From the IMG/VR virus record IMGVR_UViG_2974692648_000001, positions 96,001 to 160,000 of that record: a DNA stretch of 64,000 nt; one strand, given 5' to 3'. The first letter of the stretch is position 1. Every line of letters starts with the position of its first letter. The position numbers and the translations under genes are program-made. The notes below the pieces were generated by a model, which was not told where the DNA came from, made no database searches, and was given only the letters and a program-made list of their open reading frames with translations. Of the stretch, positions 58,801-64,000 are shown piece after piece. The stretch is from a virus. Lineage: Duplodnaviria > Caudoviricetes.

Positions 58801-61800
58801 CACCTAAACCAAACTTCGTCATGTTACTCATACGACCAAGTTTAGAGAAGCGACCAAATCTACCTCGCTTACCACGTTTACCTCGGCGACCGTCGCCGTC
58901 GGCACCACCGATACCATCAACGACAGCATCTTTAGTCCTACGCCCCAATAACGCACTGCTTAACAACTTACCTAAACTGAACAAACCTTTAGTGATCGTC
59001 CCGTTAAGTTTCATTAAGTTGGTGAACCCACCAATGCCAAGAGAAAGGAATTTCTTCATCAAAGCAAAGAGGCCACCACCAGCCATTCCGAGCAGTTTAC
59101 CTAAAATACCACCGTCTTGTTTCTTCTTACCGTCTTTATCATCCGGGTTAAGACTTTCGGCAATATCAATGACAGAGTCTTGGAACTGAGCTTGCTTGGC
59201 TTCTTTCTTACGACGGATTTTGTCAGCAAGAGAGTTCAAACGAATACCTTCAGTTGGTTTCTCGTCTTCATGTTCCCCCGTTCCTAAATCGTCAATGAAA
59301 GACTTCACTTTAGGACTGACTTTCTCCATCCCCGGCATCTTGGTATCAAGACCCCAATGACCAGCAATGAGACCGTAGATAGAATCAAGTCGATGAGTAA
59401 TAGGTTCATAACGATCACCGCCGATGTTACCCGCACGTTCGATGACGTGTTCGGAACCTAGGATAGCTGAACCTAGACGCTCCCTACCGTTTTCTTGTAA
59501 CCACTTAGCACCCTTACTCACCATTTTACCGAACGTACCAGTTGCACTTCTGGCTTTACCCAGTGACACACCACCGATGGTTTGAAGGTCGTTAAGGTCC
59601 TCAACAGAAACCAGTAAGTTTCCTTCCTGATCATAAACAGGACCTAAGATGTCACGCCATCCTAGGATCTCATTACCTTCCTCATCAAAGTACCAGCCGT
59701 TCTTGAATCCTCGACTTGTAAGTACAGGGTCTGGGTCACCTTTACGGTAAACATCCATTTGATCCAATCCGGTCTTGGCTTTATCAATTAATGACTTGGC
59801 CTTTCCTACTGGGTCGATTGCTTGGAACGTCTTACTGACAAATGATTTGAAACGATGTAAACCGTCTAGGATGATCTCTCTACCGTCAGGACCGAATAAT
59901 CGACCTGCCAGTCGTTTCCCACTGGCTGCGATCTCTGAAGCCCCTTGGGAGACGTCTATAACGGTACCTTTGATATCGGCCCAAGACTTGATCACTTTAC
60001 GAGACGCTTGGTCGTAATAATCACCCGCGTTTTTCTTAGCAGCGTATAGGACTTCGTTTCCGTCTTCGTCGTAAAGGTCTTCATCTTCAGCAGGGCTTGA
60101 CCCGGCATTACCTAACTTACTTAATTGACCATAAGCGGTTGCTACCGCCGCACCACCTGCTAACAGAGCTGCCGCTTTAGGGTTACTCATGGCTGTGACG
60201 CCAAGTCCACCTAACAGACCACCCAGTACCATCGGTTTATTGGCGATCAAAGCTTCCACGCCTTGGTTAAACAAGTCCGCTGGAACTACGGAACGTAAAC
60301 GTTCTAATAACGATTGTTTTTCTCGTTCTTCGACACGTTGCTGGTCAGTGATTTCCTTGGATGGTTGGTCTTCATCAATCCCCACCGTAGAAACGGATTT
60401 CAATTTCTTCAATAAAGAGATCTGTTCCATTTGGTACTGACTGATTTCAGCCAAGGTGGAGTTAGTCCCCTTTACCAAGTCTAACAACGGATCCATAACT
60501 AGCGCTTTTGTAGGATCTGCGTTTACCCCGATGGCGGGTAATGTTTTGGTGTTGTTTTGAATTTTAACTAAGGTGTCGATGATATTGCTGAGAGCACCAC
60601 TAACTTCTTCCTGCAAAGGGAGGGGGGAAGGAATAGATAAGTTAGATAGATTAGGAGATGACTTATTATTTCTTTTATGAAATATCTGATATAGATCATC
60701 TTTAGTAGGATAAGGTTCATCACTACCAATGGATAAGTCTTCGTTAATAGGGTTGCCGTTAATACGGTTGTTGAGTTGTTTCCAAATCAATTCCTGATTA
60801 ACGATCTCTTTATTAGAATCAGGATCAACACTAATAAACCCAGACGCCTTTAATCCCTCATCTAAACCAAGGCTACGAACCAAATCTATTTTGTCAGCAA
60901 TATTTGGTGTGTAGTTCTTTAATGAATCGGTACGAAGCGATAAACGATGCAATAGCTCTTGCCCTTCTGGGGTAGGGGCTGTTAAACGAGCCATAAGTCC
61001 GTCTAATGTGCTATCTTGAGTGCGTTCGATCATTTCATCAGTGATACTAAAACGACGTCTTACAAGTGCTTCTATCTCAGCAGCTTGTTCCTCGTTCATG
61101 TATTCGTCCGTTCCAATACCGATGTAATCGTAAGGGTTGAAGACGTTCCCCTTATCAGCTTCTCTTGCAAGTCGTTGTGCTAACGCATTACTTGCACTCT
61201 CGCTCAGTTCATTGTCCTTATCGATATCCCCCGCTATCGACTTAGCTGCATCCGCGTAAGTATTCAATTCCCATTCGGGGGTGATCATACGCTGAATCTG
61301 TTGATTTAAACGATCTGTAGTAGTGACCCTTGAGGTACGGTAATCGTAACGCAGTCTAGGAACATCATCTGACCCTGTGCGAATTTTCTCGATAGAGTGA
61401 TGGATTTCACTAAGCAGTGCAGGGATTTCTTCAGTCAAACTACGGGAGTCATGAACCGACCACACCGAGTTGTTCTTAAGGTCTTTAAGAGACTTCTCTT
61501 TAATCTGGTAAACGCTACCTTGGGACTCTTGGTAGTTTTCACCAACTAAGTTGAAGGCACCCCCTGCCGCACCTGTGGCTTTACGAACCGCTTGCCATAA
61601 TAACTTAGGCATTGGTTTAGCATTAGGTGGTAGTTCTTCTAGGTACTCCTCATAAGTCATGTGAGGTTGATCCATCATACCAGTTTCCTGATAATGACGA
61701 CCCATGACCGAACCCATGGCCTTAGTTGAGTACGACAACAAATCACCGAACTGACGGAGTTCCTTTTGAGTTTTGTCAAAAAGCTTAGCTTGATCTGGAT

Positions 61801-62902
61801 ACTTAGCACGCACCTTAGCGATCAAGTCACGACCTGCTTTTGTTTCAAAGAACTCTGGACCTCTGTCCACGACGAATTGCCCAAGCATCGAACCAATTAT
61901 CTCACCCGGAGAAACACCAGCGTCAGCGGACATCTCAGAGGCAAAACGTACATCCCCGACTAACTGAGTCATGATCGATAAAGAATCGTTAACACCATCT
62001 TTACTGATGATATTACCTAGGGCTTCACCAAACCCACCCGCTCTCGAGAACGTCGACTTCAAGATGTTGTCACGTAATCGACCTTTACTAGCTTGCAATA
62101 CAGAGGTCTTTTCGAAATCAGACATTGCAGTGTTTTTAACAACGTCTTTGATTTCTTTAATAATGCGGTGCTGAGAAGCTTCCATGAATTTGTAATACTT
62201 AGCATTAGTTAAGTATTGACGAGTCATCAAGTTTAACTTCATCGCTTCACGTTGACCATGGACCTTCATTTGGTATTGGTACAAACGCTGTAGGTTAGCA
62301 TTAACTTCAAACAGTTGTTCGTTGTTCTGTAACCCTGCCGACAATTGCTTAGAGCCAACACTACTCATCACTCGAGTAATAGCATCCGTGGATTCAACGT
62401 TTACTACGGATTGTTGTTCTAATGCTTCTAGCATGCGCTGTTGAGTGTCTTCTTCGACATCCCCCATGCGGAGTTGTTCTTCTCGGAACTCTCCGGTCTT
62501 TTCCCAATCACTAAAGTCTTTTTTACTGAACTCTTCGAGTCCGTCGACGATTTTATTGGGTAGACGATCGCGCAATGACTCGCTTAAAGAACCTGAAAGA
62601 AAAGCCAGATCTCCCATGAGGTCGACACTATTTTCTTTAAACTCTTTAAATGCTTCTTGTTTCTTACGATCCAGTTCGCGGTAGAAGTCAAAGGTTGTAC
62701 CAAACGAACTAGGAAGGATACGTCTTAATGTTTTAATTTTTGTGTCGGTATCACCGACAGTATTAGATTTTAGGGCAGAGAGAAATCCTTTGGAGACAGA
62801 CTTTAAGAACCCTTGATCTTTATTCCCGTCAAAATCAAAGTCAAAATCCATATCTCCATCAAGGAAATCATCTCCCCAATCATAATCTGATTCACTTGCC
62901 AT
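55832..62902 (-). CDS. gp181-like tape-measure/tail lysin with a C-terminal GH19 domain
   Basis: 2356 aa; helical, with Gly/Ala-rich hydrophobic segments; YETGG...EN..Y...DGWLYRGRGLVQLTGKDNY...AIWFF...LNGG is the GH19 signature. Confidence 0.85.
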   Translation of the reverse strand: MASESDYDWGDDFLDGDMDFDFDFDGNKDQGFLKSVSKGFLSALKSNTVGDTDTKIKTLRRILPSSFGTTFDFYRELDRKKQEAFKEFKENSVDLMGDLAFLSGSLSESLRDRLPNKIVDGLEEFSKKDFSDWEKTGEFREEQLRMGDVEEDTQQRMLEALEQQSVVNVESTDAITRVMSSVGSKQLSAGLQNNEQLFEVNANLQRLYQYQMKVHGQREAMKLNLMTRQYLTNAKYYKFMEASQHRIIKEIKDVVKNTAMSDFEKTSVLQASKGRLRDNILKSTFSRAGGFGEALGNIISKDGVNDSLSIMTQLVGDVRFASEMSADAGVSPGEIIGSMLGQFVVDRGPEFFETKAGRDLIAKVRAKYPDQAKLFDKTQKELRQFGDLLSYSTKAMGSVMGRHYQETGMMDQPHMTYEEYLEELPPNAKPMPKLLWQAVRKATGAAGGAFNLVGENYQESQGSVYQIKEKSLKDLKNNSVWSVHDSRSLTEEIPALLSEIHHSIEKIRTGSDDVPRLRYDYRTSRVTTTDRLNQQIQRMITPEWELNTYADAAKSIAGDIDKDNELSESASNALAQRLAREADKGNVFNPYDYIGIGTDEYMNEEQAAEIEALVRRRFSITDEMIERTQDSTLDGLMARLTAPTPEGQELLHRLSLRTDSLKNYTPNIADKIDLVRSLGLDEGLKASGFISVDPDSNKEIVNQELIWKQLNNRINGNPINEDLSIGSDEPYPTKDDLYQIFHKRNNKSSPNLSNLSIPSPLPLQEEVSGALSNIIDTLVKIQNNTKTLPAIGVNADPTKALVMDPLLDLVKGTNSTLAEISQYQMEQISLLKKLKSVSTVGIDEDQPSKEITDQQRVEEREKQSLLERLRSVVPADLFNQGVEALIANKPMVLGGLLGGLGVTAMSNPKAAALLAGGAAVATAYGQLSKLGNAGSSPAEDEDLYDEDGNEVLYAAKKNAGDYYDQASRKVIKSWADIKGTVIDVSQGASEIAASGKRLAGRLFGPDGREIILDGLHRFKSFVSKTFQAIDPVGKAKSLIDKAKTGLDQMDVYRKGDPDPVLTSRGFKNGWYFDEEGNEILGWRDILGPVYDQEGNLLVSVEDLNDLQTIGGVSLGKARSATGTFGKMVSKGAKWLQENGRERLGSAILGSEHVIERAGNIGGDRYEPITHRLDSIYGLIAGHWGLDTKMPGMEKVSPKVKSFIDDLGTGEHEDEKPTEGIRLNSLADKIRRKKEAKQAQFQDSVIDIAESLNPDDKDGKKKQDGGILGKLLGMAGGGLFALMKKFLSLGIGGFTNLMKLNGTITKGLFSLGKLLSSALLGRRTKDAVVDGIGGADGDGRRGKRGKRGRFGRFSKLGRMSNMTKFGLGGALMLGGDMAIDAARDGFDVEQGSTADKLLDYGSVGLEAAGWLATGSAVAGMAGTSLGGIAAAAAPFLLNPITLGVAGVGLAGYAAYKFFSSDDLTIQQKLRMAQYGIDDQDEELINDVLRLETQLQDYVQLSGSNAGFSRETPLERFITPFLNNRKTQQGQQDTLQWFSLRFKPVYLSYYAQFQKLDINKFEDYDKLKNNTVPLIAKQTHDEAGMMNPSPYRIQLWISRDTYALSAEETKAQVARYLNEMKEEYDTTNLNSKKLSEDLTIDTVNSKIKKVEKAGMLESAWMRLTGDHNDEEKQKKLDTWFKQPEVIKGIDISDMLPGDKPVEIITAFRLAAYGNEDNMPWRVEAVLKLERWMERYTSYSNGRSEFTGTVEEFWATFSAAFRVTSRKGRELAIRWFQYRFLPVWLAWHQVCRNQRGGDPSKVWRTLSATAQFRFAQQVVELKVFVDERVKGLFSVDEAPFEGERSEGMSTRVKRMLQALEVKANQARLKDPDLEQSRTVKAPDRTDQSVYRLPDNLNINKPKNAPDISEQFGRKQPSPVPEMTSDLSKVKVDVNRDIETDVKLKPGDDKGVSLNKDQITKVLIREMVKKGYDDPRQIAEMLALTDYETGGYRNTAENMRYTNAARARNIFRKLKQFNIPQIQEIIRQGPVAFANAVYNGWLGNTDSPNDGWLYRGRGLVQLTGKDNYERAASDLGIDIVNNPRMVSEDPETMAKTAIWFFENSPQMQSIKEHGDFSFAARGLNGGKALPGMGKRERLYNDYLNNLLNGELTKDLAPSEEENTPYDSAPGMSETEKHINDYVDNHMTKSEMEDRVGQRIAEKSKQYKNGVLVDNKFTRGNALASALPKDSLAKEERALTATKPSATPSLEDNTAAATSAVKQSRNPSVFNDKSIPDLSNVPTPTKPKVDEYNIAKEAIEAQVRSKVKEVPQEPLKVEAAMKPETEAALTSQTAILQGILNAIQEGNQKANRVRQDSVSLT

Positions 62903-62923
62903 TTTGAAACCTCATGGTGTATT

Positions 62924-64000
62924 ATGAAACCGACTAACGTTTCTTTATTAAACCCAAGCAAGATAGCTTGGTCGCTGATGAGACCCGTGTCCTCAGCGGA
63001 TGTAAACGAGGGTTCTTCTACCAGTCTGCACCCAGACGGGTTGTATTCGGTAGAAACCTTCGGACGAGTTGGTAGTGCGGAACGTGATCGTAAGTTATCT
63101 TACATTGACGTAAAACTACCTATCTTTAACCCTACGTATTTCAAGGCCATGATTACACTCAAATCTTTATACTTGGGTATAATCAAAGGGACGGAATACG
63201 CCGTCTGGGATAGTGAGACTAAAGACTTCATAAAATCCAACTTGTTGGATGGAGAAACCGGTTACAGTTTCTTTATGCGTTACTTCAATGAGTTAGAACC
63301 GAAGTTAACGGAATCTTTCCGACGTAAAAAGAAAATCGAACTATTCCACACCTACCGACCTCAAGCACTTTGTAATAAAGTCATTGTTATTCCGGCAGGT
63401 TTGCGTGACGTGCAGTTTTCCCCAGATGGTCGTACCATTGAACCTGAGATCAACGAATACTACCGTAAGTTGTTGTTCCGAACCAAGGCAGTAGTGGTCG
63501 GTGAAGGGGAAGAAGATTCTCCGGTTTACGATAACTTGCGTTGGGGCGCGCAATCTAACTTCAACGACATCGATACTTATATCCAAGGATTGATGAAAGG
63601 TAAAACCGGTTTCTGGCAGAAGCGGGTTGCAACTCGTGGTGTAGTTGGTGGTACTCGTAACGTTATTTCGGCTCGTCATGTTTCTGTGGAAGACGCGGAT
63701 GCACCGAACAACGTCGACGTCAATACCACGGACATTGGTTTATACCAAGCTATGTTGGAGTTCCAGTACACTTGTCGTTACGGGATGTTAAATGGTTGGG
63801 TTCAGAACGTCTTCACCATTGGTTCTAACTTAGCTAAGCTGGTTAACCCTAAAACCTTTGAATACGAGTATAAGGAAGTCGACACTAAAGTAGTCGATAA
63901 ATGGATGACACCGGAAGGACTCACTCGTCTATTTAACGGATTTAAAGACAGTCACCTACGAGCTAAACCTATCATGATTGAAGGACTCTACATGGGTCTT
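62924..64000 (+). CDS. Virion RNA polymerase beta'-like subunit (phiKZ gp180-like), runs off the window end
   Basis: Hand translation from ATG 62924: HPDGLYSVETFG...ERDRKLSYID, VIPAGLRD, MKGKTGFWQ...RNVIS, matching RpoC N-terminal motifs; missing from the ORF track because it has no stop in the window. Confidence 0.88.
   Translation, partial: MKPTNVSLLNPSKIAWSLMRPVSSADVNEGSSTSLHPDGLYSVETFGRVGSAERDRKLSYIDVKLPIFNPTYFKAMITLKSLYLGIIKGTEYAVWDSETKDFIKSNLLDGETGYSFFMRYFNELEPKLTESFRRKKKIELFHTYRPQALCNKVIVIPAGLRDVQFSPDGRTIEPEINEYYRKLLFRTKAVVVGEGEEDSPVYDNLRWGAQSNFNDIDTYIQGLMKGKTGFWQKRVATRGVVGGTRNVISARHVSVEDADAPNNVDVNTTDIGLYQAMLEFQYTCRYGMLNGWVQNVFTIGSNLAKLVNPKTFEYEYKEVDTKVVDKWMTPEGLTRLFNGFKDSHLRAKPIMIEGLYMGL

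Noticed and set aside
56037-62684. Many plus-strand ORFs inside the 2356-aa gene
   Set aside because: Antisense shadows caused by codon bias; no motifs or RBS
63341-63679. Minus-strand 112-aa ORF in the track
   Set aside because: Lies antisense to the RNAP beta'-like frame starting at 62924
1-64000. Stop-codon reassignment, tRNA genes or self-splicing introns
   Set aside because: Genes are full length in the standard code and end in TAA, TGA and TAG; intergenic gaps are short and I saw no cloverleaf or intron-split gene
1-64000. Host genus and nucleus-forming lifestyle
   Set aside because: Gene content fits EL/phiKZ-like phages, but no chimallin, PhuZ or host marker is in this window

Overview
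This is a 64 kb segment of a phiKZ/EL-like jumbo myophage genome, densely coding in the standard genetic code. The lineage markers are two split virion RNA polymerase pieces (a beta C-terminal fragment and the start of a beta'-like subunit), a UvsX/RecA, an SbcC/Rad50 ATPase next to a baseplate spike gene, a 2356-aa gp181-like tail protein, and an EL-type GroEL-like chaperonin. Other recognisable genes: NAD-dependent DNA ligase, RNase HI, thymidine kinase, a HAD phosphatase, and a SNF2-like helicase carrying an Ala-initiated (class 3-type) intein. The most interesting signals are an Acb1-like anti-CBASS 2H phosphodiesterase, an apparently inactive thymidylate synthase paralog, a tandem AraC-domain protein, an apparently inactivated gp155-like RNase H alongside a host-like rnhA, a GH19 domain on the tail protein, and two modular protein families (a shared anchor domain with Ig-repeat cargo, and Ig-capped early proteins). 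Non-coding signals are a five-copy extended early-promoter motif and a sequence-conserved palindrome family. I found no tRNA, rRNA or CRISPR array. All assignments come from reading motifs by eye; no database search was run, and phiKZ gp numbers are from recalled gene order.
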